Assembly: GCA_963422735.1 (NCBI GenBank)
Contig: OY730476.1
Coordinates: forward strand, 1,632,001-1,696,000
DNA: 64,000 nucleotides
Direction: 5' to 3'
Source: Candidatus Latescibacterota bacterium
GTDB lineage: Bacteria > Latescibacterota > UBA2968 > UBA8231
Below are positions 56,273 through 64,000 of the stretch, one piece after another. A program made the translations under genes and the position numbers. Each line of letters begins with the position of its first letter. Positions within the stretch are counted from its first letter, which is position 1. The notes beneath the pieces are model-generated. The model did not search any database and had not been told where the DNA came from. It saw nothing but the letters and a program-made list of their open reading frames with translations.

Positions 56273-56295
56273 CTGCAAATCTCCGTGGTCAATCC

Positions 56296-57264
56296 TCAAT
56301 GAGTACTGAAGACAGATAGACGCAAGAATCCCCGTCGGGCGATTCGTAAGTCGAATAGTACGCGATGAGGGCGTGGTCCCGTATCGCCGCCGCTGGGCAG
56401 CATGGCCTTTAGCCGAATGTCGCCGTCTTCGTATAGGAAAACTCCGGTGCGCAATTGGGTCTGGTCGTGCGGGCTGAAGGGTTTGTTGAATTGGTCGGCC
56501 GTGGCGCGAATCCCTTCGTTGCTAAAGCTGCGGCCGGTGACGAGTATGTGGCGGCCCACTTGGCCGTAGCAGCGCGACTCGCGCGACAAGGTGCGCTCCC
56601 ACTGGTCGTAGGGCGGCTGCGCGGTGGGAAGCAGGGCGCAATAGCCTCGAGCGCGAGTGACGGCCAACAAGTGCTGGCCTTCCCCAAAGCAAAGGGACGT
56701 TTCGCTCGGTGCTTGTACGCCAAATTCGATGCCGGTCGCGTCGCGGTATTCAGGATGCGTGGTGCCGTGGATGATTTCGCTGACCCACTGCCCGTCGGAA
56801 ACAAGCAAATCGACCGAATTGTGGCTGGCGTGGGGGGTGTGCAGGCGACCCAATAGCGGCCCTCGTGCTCCACCGGATGCCAGAAGTCGTGGTTAGCGCC
56901 GGGGCGGGATCCACGCCTTCCCGTCTGTCGTTGCGGCGACTATTTGCTGCGAGGTGAAGCCGAACTCAGGCTCGGCTTGCCCTTCGGCTTCCTCGCGGCT
57001 GAGACGCACTCCGTACGCCAAGAGCCGGTCGCCTACTGGCAGCAGGTTCGGGTCGATGGTCTTCGCGCCGAGGACGATTTGGCTGGTCCAAGTCTTTAGA
57101 TCTGCGGACGAGCAGACGCGGATTTGGGCGTCGCCGCTGCCGTGGCCGCTGCCATCGACAAAGCATACTTGGTACTCGCCCTTCCAGCGCACCAAGCTGC
57201 CGACGTGCCAGCCGCGACCACCGCCAAAGACTTTTCTCGTCCAATTCACTTTCACCGTGGCCAT
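56296..57264 (-). pseudogene. Beta-propeller (sialidase/BNR-like) gene broken by frameshifts
   Basis: Pieces in different frames: SSADLKTW..DPNL..TTDGKAW*; DFWHPVEHEGRYWVA; PSETSLCF..PPYDQW..LPSGGDT. Confidence 0.7.
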
Positions 57265-57293
57265 GCCATCCGTCCTTTCGCCGCTTTAGGGAC

Positions 57294-58166
57294 TCAGTTC
57301 CAATACTTCCCGTAGAGCACTTGGAGCCGCTCTTTTGCCTCTGGGGAAATCACCGCTGGGTCCGTGAGGATGGCGCGTTCGGCGGCGCGCAAACAAGGGC
57401 AAGCAGACTCGGTCGGCAGGCGCATGGCAACCTCGGAGATGATCCGCTGGGCCAAGGCGCTATTGGCCTGTAGCACCGCTAGCACTTGATCGACCGTTAC
57501 GTCTTCCTCCTCCTCGTGCCAGCAATCGTAGTCCGTGCCCGCCGCCAGCAGCGCGTAACACATTTCCGCCTCGCGCGCCAGCTTGGCCTCGGGCAGAGCA
57601 GTCATGCCGATCACGGCCACATCCACGGCGTTGCGGTAGAAATGCGACTCGGCGCGGGTGGAAAAGGCCGGCCCTTCCATGCAGAGATAGATGCCGCCCT
57701 CGTGGACATTGGCATCCGCCGCTTGAGCCGCAGCGATGACCACGCCCCGCAACGTCTCGCAGAACGGGTCGGCAAACATCAGATGTCCGGCGATACCGTC
57801 ACCGAAGAACGTCGATGGACGTTGTCCGCGCGTGCGGTCGAAAATCTGGTCGGGCACAATCATGTCCCCAGGCCGAATCGCTTCCTGCATGATGCCGCAG
57901 GCACTTATGGCCAAAACGTAGTTCACACCGAGTTGCTTGAGCGCGTGGATATTGGCGCGAGAGGGCACTTCGCTCGGCAGCAGCCGATGCCCCTTTCCAT
58001 GTCGCGGCAAGAAATGCACCGTGCGGTCGCCGATCCGCGCCTCGACAATGGCGTCCGAGGGCGTGCCAAAGGGCGTATCTAGCCGGTGCTCGGCGACCGT
58101 TTCAACCCCTTCTATATGGTACAACCCCGACCCGCCGATGACGCCCAAGACTACGGATTGACTCAT
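57294..58166 (-). CDS. mtnP: 5'-methylthioadenosine phosphorylase
   Basis: GVIGGSGLY, TPFGTPS, PRHG, EGPAFSTRAES, GMTALPEAKLARE, TDYDCW. Confidence 0.93.
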   Translation of the reverse strand: MSQSVVLGVIGGSGLYHIEGVETVAEHRLDTPFGTPSDAIVEARIGDRTVHFLPRHGKGHRLLPSEVPSRANIHALKQLGVNYVLAISACGIMQEAIRPGDMIVPDQIFDRTRGQRPSTFFGDGIAGHLMFADPFCETLRGVVIAAAQAADANVHEGGIYLCMEGPAFSTRAESHFYRNAVDVAVIGMTALPEAKLAREAEMCYALLAAGTDYDCWHEEEEDVTVDQVLAVLQANSALAQRIISEVAMRLPTESACPCLRAAERAILTDPAVISPEAKERLQVLYGKYWN

Positions 58167-58220
58167 TGCCACCTCCTGTAGAGAATGCAAGGGCCTGATA
58201 GCACCCTATATTATACTACC

Positions 58221-60596
58221 ATGTCCCCGCGCTTGCTTAAAACCTCGGTCCGCGAACTCGTCGGCTTCGTGCTGCGCTCCGGCGATCTGATTTCCGGCGG
58301 CTTTTCTCGCCCCGACCGCCTAGTGGAAGGCACTCGCGGCCACCAGCAAGTTCAGCGCGCACGCCCCGCCGACTATCAGGCGGAAGTGCCCATCTCCTAC
58401 CTAGTCGAAACCGACGAGATCGCCCTCGAAATAAGCGGTCGTATCGACGGTCTGCTCGTCGAAGACGAAACGGTGCTCGTCGAGGAGATCAAGACCACCG
58501 AGGCCGACCTCGACGAGATCGCTGAAAACCCAGCGCATTGGGCACAGGCCAAGCTCTACGCTTTTATGGTCGCCGAGCAAGAAGGCCTCGACGCCATCAA
58601 CGTCCAGCTAACGTACCTTCAGTTAGATACCTATAAGCGCCGCGAGGACCGCCGCACCTTTGCACAGGACGAGCTGGCGGCGTTTTGCTCCGATCTCATC
58701 GAGCGCTACCTGCATTGGGCGCGGCTCTACCACCAGTGGTGCGCCGAGCGCGATCTTTCACTCGAAGTGCTCAAATTTCCCTTTGCCGAATACCGGCCCG
58801 GCCAGCGCGATCTGGCCGCGGCTACCTATCGCACCATCGACGGCCGCGGTCGGGCTTTTGCCCAAGCACCCACCGGCATCGGCAAGACTATCTCAACCCT
58901 GTTCCCGGCTGCCAAGGCCCTCGGCTTGGGTCATGCTGAAAAAATCTTCTACCTGACGGCCAAGACCAGCGGACGAAGGATCGTCGAAAAGGCCCTTGAC
59001 GATCTGCGTGGGGCAGGGGCGCGCATCAAGAGCCTGACGCTAACAGCCCGCGACAAAATCTGCTTCAAACCTAACGGCGGCAGCACCTGCGATTCCGAGC
59101 AATGCGAGTTCGCCCGCGGCTACTACGACCGCATCAACGACGCGCTTGAAGACATCTTCACCCACGACGCCTTCACTCGATCCCTCATCGAGGAATGTGC
59201 CCAGAGGCACCGCGTCTGCCCCTTTGAGTTTTCGCTCGATCTCGCGCCGTGGTCCGACGTCGTCATCTGCGATTACAACTACGTCTTCGATCCGCGAGCC
59301 TTCCTCAAACGCTTCTTCCAGGACGCCGGCGGGCAATACGCCTTCCTCATTGACGAGGCGCACAATCTCGTCGATCGGGCGCGCGAAATGTTCTCGGCCG
59401 ACCTCTGCAAGGCTGAGATTGCGGGGCTCAAGCGCTTAGTCGGCAAGACGCATCCCGATCTGAGCAAACAGCTCGACGCCCTCAACCGCTACTTCGTCAA
59501 GCTCGGCAAGAAGGTCGAACAGGAAGGCAACGGCGAGTGCTGGATTAGCCCGCAGTTGCCGACGGATCTGATGGCACTGGTACACAATGTCCTCCGCGCC
59601 GCCGAGAAGGTACTAGAGCAGAACACTGCTTTGCCCTTTTGGGACGAATTGATCGAGTGTTACTTCCGGGCACTGGGTTTTGAGCGCATCGGTGAGCTTT
59701 TCGACGAGCACTATACCACATACACTGAAAAACAGGGCCGGGATATTCGCTTCCGGCTCTTCTGTCTCGACCCAGCACCAAATATCCGCCAGGCCCTAGA
59801 GCGCGGCTGCGCGGCCGTATTCTTTTCGGCCACGCTCTCGCCGCTGGCGTACTTCCGCGATCTGCTCGGCGGCGCGGAGGGGGATACCCTGTTGAGCCTT
59901 GGTTCGCCTTTCCCGCCCGAGCACCTGCGTCTGCTGCTGGCCGACCACATTGAGACGACGTACAAAAAGCGCGGAGAGAGCTACGACGACATCGCCGAGT
60001 CCATCGCCGCCCTCGCCAGCCAGCGCGCGGGCAATTATCTCGCCTTTTTCCCTTCGTACAAATACATGGAAGAGGTGGCGACGCGCTTTGCCGAGGCGTA
60101 TCCGAGCATTGACCTCCTCGTCCAAGAAAGCGGCATGTCCGACCGCCAGCGCGAGGCGTTTCTCTCCGCATTCGACGTCGAGCCATCGCAGGACGCGCAA
60201 CACACGGTGGGTTTCGCGGTGATGGGCGGCGTCTTCGGCGAAGGGATCGATTTAGCCGGCGAGCGGCTAGTCGGTGCGGTGGTCGTGGGCGTTGGCCTGC
60301 CGCAACTGTGCTTGGAGCGCGACCTGATCCGCCACTATTTCGACGAGCGTGAGATTCCCGGCTTTGCGTACGCGTACGTCTATCCGGGCATGAATCGCGT
60401 GTTGCAGGCCGCAGGTCGCGTAATCCGCACGGCGAGCGACCGCGGCGCAATCCTCCTCGTCGATCGCCGCTTTGGCCAAAGCCGCTACCGCCAGCTTTTC
60501 CCCTCCTCTTGGCACCCGGTGCATCCCGTTCGCAACCCAGCCCATATCGCCCAGTCGCTGGCCGAGTTTTGGCACCATGACCCTACGTATGCTTAG
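58221..60596 (+). CDS. XPD/DinG-family Fe-S helicase with N-terminal PD-(D/E)XK nuclease-like domain
   Basis: GRIDG..EEIKT; APTGIGKT; four Cys (KICF, TCDSEQC, VCPF); DEAHN; SATL; EGID; QAAGRVIR. Confidence 0.9.
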   Translation: MSPRLLKTSVRELVGFVLRSGDLISGGFSRPDRLVEGTRGHQQVQRARPADYQAEVPISYLVETDEIALEISGRIDGLLVEDETVLVEEIKTTEADLDEIAENPAHWAQAKLYAFMVAEQEGLDAINVQLTYLQLDTYKRREDRRTFAQDELAAFCSDLIERYLHWARLYHQWCAERDLSLEVLKFPFAEYRPGQRDLAAATYRTIDGRGRAFAQAPTGIGKTISTLFPAAKALGLGHAEKIFYLTAKTSGRRIVEKALDDLRGAGARIKSLTLTARDKICFKPNGGSTCDSEQCEFARGYYDRINDALEDIFTHDAFTRSLIEECAQRHRVCPFEFSLDLAPWSDVVICDYNYVFDPRAFLKRFFQDAGGQYAFLIDEAHNLVDRAREMFSADLCKAEIAGLKRLVGKTHPDLSKQLDALNRYFVKLGKKVEQEGNGECWISPQLPTDLMALVHNVLRAAEKVLEQNTALPFWDELIECYFRALGFERIGELFDEHYTTYTEKQGRDIRFRLFCLDPAPNIRQALERGCAAVFFSATLSPLAYFRDLLGGAEGDTLLSLGSPFPPEHLRLLLADHIETTYKKRGESYDDIAESIAALASQRAGNYLAFFPSYKYMEEVATRFAEAYPSIDLLVQESGMSDRQREAFLSAFDVEPSQDAQHTVGFAVMGGVFGEGIDLAGERLVGAVVVGVGLPQLCLERDLIRHYFDEREIPGFAYAYVYPGMNRVLQAAGRVIRTASDRGAILLVDRRFGQSRYRQLFPSSWHPVHPVRNPAHIAQSLAEFWHHDPTYA

Positions 60597-61326
60597 CATC
60601 TCACTGCTCTTGCTCTACCCCGCGCTGGCAGCGGCCCAAAGCGTGTTCGCCGCCGCTAGCCTGAACTCCGCACTCGCAGAGCTGGCCACCCACTACGAAG
60701 GGATGCGCCTGTCCGTTGCCAGCTCTTCGACCCTAGCCAAACAGATTGCAGCAGGTGCGCCAGCCGACATTTATTTTTCCGCCAATGCCGAGTGGATGGA
60801 CTACCTCCAAGCGCGTCAGCACATTGAGCAAGACACCCGCGTCGATCTCCTCGGCAATGCCCTCGTGGTCATTGCACCCAAGGGAGGGGCTTTCGCCGTC
60901 CGCTTTGCAGGGGACTTCGACTTTGCCGGTGCTTTCGCTGGCCGCTTGGCTCTCGGCGACCCGGATCACGTACCGGCCGGCCAGTACGCCCGTCAAGCCC
61001 TAGAGCAATTGGGCTGGTGGCCGGCACTCAAAAGCCGCATCGCACCCGCGCCCGACGTCCGCGCCGCCCTAGTATACGTCGGGCGCGGAGAGTGCGCCGC
61101 GGGATTGGTGTACGCCACCGATGCGGCCCAAAGCGACCGCGTAATAACCCTAGCGACGGTGCCGGACTCGCTGCACTGCCCCATCGTCTATCCGGCGGCC
61201 ATCGTCAAGGGCCGCGCCAGCGCACAGGCACGCAGCCTGTTAGCGTTTTTTCGCTCGAAAACAGCCGCCGGCATCTTCCGCAAACACGGCTTTACCTTTT
61301 GGGGCGACCAAGGTGTTCAGCACTGA
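60577..61326 (+). CDS. modA: Molybdate ABC transporter binding protein
   Basis: FAAASL, ASSSTLAKQI, GAPAD, DHVPAGQY, VYATDA. Confidence 0.93.
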   Translation: MTLRMLSISLLLLYPALAAAQSVFAAASLNSALAELATHYEGMRLSVASSSTLAKQIAAGAPADIYFSANAEWMDYLQARQHIEQDTRVDLLGNALVVIAPKGGAFAVRFAGDFDFAGAFAGRLALGDPDHVPAGQYARQALEQLGWWPALKSRIAPAPDVRAALVYVGRGECAAGLVYATDAAQSDRVITLATVPDSLHCPIVYPAAIVKGRASAQARSLLAFFRSKTAAGIFRKHGFTFWGDQGVQH

Positions 61327-61987
61327 GGAAGTACAAGTCCTCTTGCTCTCGCTGCGCGTGGCTTTTTGCTGCGTACTGTTGATCCTGTTGCCGGCCGTGT
61401 TGCTGGGCTGGCTGCTGGCCCGGCGGGAGTTTCCGCTCAAGATCGCGCTCGACGGCCTCTGTCACCTGCCGCTGGTCCTGCCACCGGTGGTCACCGGCTA
61501 TCTGCTCCTGTTGCTTTTTGGCCGCCGCGGTCTCTTCGGCCCGGTGCTTGCAGCCTTCGACCTCGAGTTGGCCTTCGACTGGAAGGGGGCAGTGTTAGCC
61601 TCGGCCGTAGTCGGCTTTCCCCTGATGCTGCGCTCGGTGCGCCTCGGGATTGAGAGCGTGGATCCGCGCTTAGAGCGCGTCGCCCGCACCCTCGGAGCTG
61701 GACCTGTGCGCGCCTTTCTAACCGTGACCTTGCGCCTCGCCGCCCCCGGCCTTCTGGTCGGCTCGCTGTTGGCCTTTGCCCGTTCGTTGGGCGAGTTCGG
61801 CGCGACCATCACTTTTGCGGCCAATATCGCCGGGCAGACCCGCACCATCCCTTCGGCCATTTACACGTACCTCAACCAACCGGATGGGGAAGGCCGCGCG
61901 GCCGGACTGGTCCTACTCTCAGTCGCGCTTTCGCTGCTGGCCCTCGTGGCCAGCGAGTGGTCAGCCCGTCGCCTGCGCTCTAGTTAG
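61313..61987 (+). CDS. modB: Molybdate ABC permease
   Basis: LPLVLPPVVTGY, ARTLGA, FARSLGEFGAT. Confidence 0.95.
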   Translation: MFSTEEVQVLLLSLRVAFCCVLLILLPAVLLGWLLARREFPLKIALDGLCHLPLVLPPVVTGYLLLLLFGRRGLFGPVLAAFDLELAFDWKGAVLASAVVGFPLMLRSVRLGIESVDPRLERVARTLGAGPVRAFLTVTLRLAAPGLLVGSLLAFARSLGEFGATITFAANIAGQTRTIPSAIYTYLNQPDGEGRAAGLVLLSVALSLLALVASEWSARRLRSS

Positions 61988-61989
61988 CA

Positions 61990-63084
61990 ATGCTTTGCCT
62001 CCGCTCTCAACGCCAGCTAGGCTCCTTCGCGCTCGATGTCGATATCGAGTGCCACCATGCCGTCACCGCCATCTACGGGCCGTCGGGCGCGGGTAAGACC
62101 TCGCTGCTCAACATGGTCGCCGGGTTGGTGCGGCCGGACGCCGGCGAAATGTCCTTGGACGGCCAAACCCTCTTCTCCTCGGCTCAGCACATCGATCTGC
62201 CGCCCGAGCACCGCCGCATTGGCTACGTGTTTCAAGACGATTTGCTCTTCCCGCACCTGAGCACCGAGGGAAACCTATGCTATGGCCGCAACCTGCTGCC
62301 GGCGGCGGCGCGCCGCTTTGCCTTGGACCAAATCGTCGATTTGCTCGAAATCGGTCCCCTGCTCAAACGCCGGCCGGAGCACCTGTCTGGCGGTGAGCGC
62401 CAGCGCGTCGCCTTGGGCCGTGCCCTGCTCGCTTCCCCGCGCCTCCTGCTAATGGACGAACCGCTAGCCTCGCTCGATCAGGGTCTCAAAAACCGCATCA
62501 TTCCCTACTTGTGCCACGTCCGAGACGCCCTCCATATCCCCATTCTCTACGTCAGCCACTCGGTCGCCGAAATCCTCGAACTCACCAGCCAAGTAGTAAT
62601 CCTCAACCGCGGCCAAGTAGTAGCGCACGGCGATTTTTTTAACATCGCCGCCCACCCCCAAGTCCTACCGTTGGTCGAAGAGCACGGCTTTGAAAACGTC
62701 CTCGATGTGGAAATTGCGGCGACCAACGCGGGGCGGGGCGTCTGCGAGGTGATGTGCCACGGTCAGCAGCTCAAAATTCCCTACTGCGAGCAACCCGCCG
62801 GCAGCCGCCTCTTCATCGGCATCCGCGCCGACGACATCGTCCTTGCCCGCCAGCGACCCGAAGGGCTGAGCGTGCGCAATGCGTTGCAGGGAACTATCAG
62901 CGCAATCGCCGATGTGGGGGGGAAACAGCTCATCTACGTGGATGTCGGGCGTCGGCTGGCCGCCAAGACGACCCCAGAAGCCATCGAGGAAATGCAGCTC
63001 GGCATCGGCGATTCGATCTACTGCCTCGTCAAAACCCACTCCATCCGCTTGGGACCGCAGTTGGGCCGGCCGGATAAGCGTTGA
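61990..63084 (+). CDS. modC: Molybdate ABC ATPase
   Basis: GPSGAGKT, IGYVFQ, LSGGERQR, MDEPLASLD, C-terminal TOBE (SVRNAL). Confidence 0.95.
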   Translation: MLCLRSQRQLGSFALDVDIECHHAVTAIYGPSGAGKTSLLNMVAGLVRPDAGEMSLDGQTLFSSAQHIDLPPEHRRIGYVFQDDLLFPHLSTEGNLCYGRNLLPAAARRFALDQIVDLLEIGPLLKRRPEHLSGGERQRVALGRALLASPRLLLMDEPLASLDQGLKNRIIPYLCHVRDALHIPILYVSHSVAEILELTSQVVILNRGQVVAHGDFFNIAAHPQVLPLVEEHGFENVLDVEIAATNAGRGVCEVMCHGQQLKIPYCEQPAGSRLFIGIRADDIVLARQRPEGLSVRNALQGTISAIADVGGKQLIYVDVGRRLAAKTTPEAIEEMQLGIGDSIYCLVKTHSIRLGPQLGRPDKR

Positions 63085-63110
63085 CACGACAAACACCCGC
63101 CTTTTATACT
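63081..63110 (+). promoter_or_regulatory. Sigma70 promoter candidate
   Basis: TTGACA-N18-TATACT upstream of 63165. Confidence 0.55.
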
Positions 63111-63164
63111 TTTTACAGATGAGTACAGGCTATCCCCTGAGCACTCCAACCTAAGAGGCTCGCC

Positions 63165-63848
63165 ATGACTGTCATCACGGTTGCCCGCCAGCTCGGCAGC
63201 TTTGGCGACTGGATCGCCGAGCAGTTGGCCGCCAAGCTGAGCTACGAATTCATTGATCGCCGCCTCGTCGAAGAGATCGCCAGCATCACCGACACCTCGG
63301 TCGAAGAGGTTGAGCGCTACGACGAAAAGGGAGAGGGCCGGCTCAAGTTCTTCCTCAAGAAATTGCTCGTGCCCGAAGTCGCTCCGGGGACTTTTCCCCT
63401 ATCAGCCGCCGCATACGCGCCCGAGTTTGGGCTCGAATTTCCCCACATGCGCGATCACGAGGTCGGCGAAGCGACGTACCTCGACCGCGGCACGTACCAG
63501 CTACTCATCACGACCCTCGTGCAGGAGTTTGGCCAAGACGGCAAGGCCGTCATCGTCGGCCGGGCTAGCCAAGTCATTCTCGCCAATCTCCCCAATGCCT
63601 GCCACGTCAAGATCATCGCCCCGCTCGAAACGCGGATTGGACGATTGATGCAGACCCGCGACGTGGATCGCGAGCAAGCGCAGAAACTCATCGAGCAACA
63701 CGACCAATGGCGTCAGAGTTACCTGCGCAACTTCCACCAAGCCGATTGGAACGACCCCCTGCTCTACGATCTGACGATCAATACCGGCAAAATAGACCGA
63801 GCCGCCGCCGTCGATCTCCTCGCCAGCTTCTTAGCCAGCCGGGAGTGA
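63165..63848 (+). CDS. Cytidylate kinase-like family protein
   Basis: ITVARQLGSFG, VIVGRAS, YDLTINT. Confidence 0.85.
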   Translation: MTVITVARQLGSFGDWIAEQLAAKLSYEFIDRRLVEEIASITDTSVEEVERYDEKGEGRLKFFLKKLLVPEVAPGTFPLSAAAYAPEFGLEFPHMRDHEVGEATYLDRGTYQLLITTLVQEFGQDGKAVIVGRASQVILANLPNACHVKIIAPLETRIGRLMQTRDVDREQAQKLIEQHDQWRQSYLRNFHQADWNDPLLYDLTINTGKIDRAAAVDLLASFLASRE

Positions 63849-64000
63849 ACCTGCCGGCAAACAGAATCCAGTAAGCGGCGCGACGTTGGATAGTCTTGCG
63901 GAGAGCAGGGAAAATATAAGTACTTAATCGCCGGAACTCTCGGGGGGTGATGGGGTCTGTGATAGGCGACTCATACGGCGGGGAAGGTGTATTCGGCTAT

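Noticed and set aside
58221-60596. Cas4/CasDinG CRISPR-associated gene
   Set aside because: No repeat-spacer array or cas genes; matches the common stand-alone nuclease-XPD helicase
63981-64000. Possible 3' end of a minus-strand gene (..EYTFPAV*)
   Set aside because: Too short to support
1-64000. tRNA, rRNA, CRISPR array, prophage or intact transposase
   Set aside because: None recognised on either strand by inspection; a covariance-model scan was not possible

Overview
About 64 kb of GC-rich chromosome from a diderm bacterium. Gene content suggests an FCB-group, Latescibacterota/Gemmatimonadota-like lineage, possibly host-associated, but this is inference only. The backbone is housekeeping: futalosine menaquinone genes (menG, mqnE, mqnC, mqnA, mqnP, ubiX), rfbB, rfbC, tal/gmhA, smc, gatC, pyrG, lptC/A-like, lptB, rpoN, mtnP, a DinG/XPD helicase and modABC. 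No rRNA, tRNA, CRISPR array or intact transposase was recognised. Three things stand out. (1) Sigma-54 wiring is readable in the DNA: four -24/-12 promoters (216-230, 2100-2114, 4343-4357, 32558-32572), three with palindromic enhancer candidates about 80-140 bp upstream. Two of these promoters precede other sigma-factor genes (an RpoD-like and an ECF sigma), suggesting a sigma54-to-sigma70 cascade. (2) A tightly coupled four-gene operon encodes a three-domain single-chain Rid/YjgF-like protein, a ComD/ComE-like TPP decarboxylase pair and a LarA-like protein, which is a candidate undescribed catabolic pathway. (3) Six pockets of deletion-eroded pseudogenes are missed or mis-framed by the ORF track: PLD-helicase plus RelB/RelE, WG-repeat debris, an SF2 helicase tail, a BrnA-like antitoxin, an SDR::ureG fusion beside a MITE-like element, and a beta-propeller. 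All family calls come from motif recognition by eye; no database search was run.
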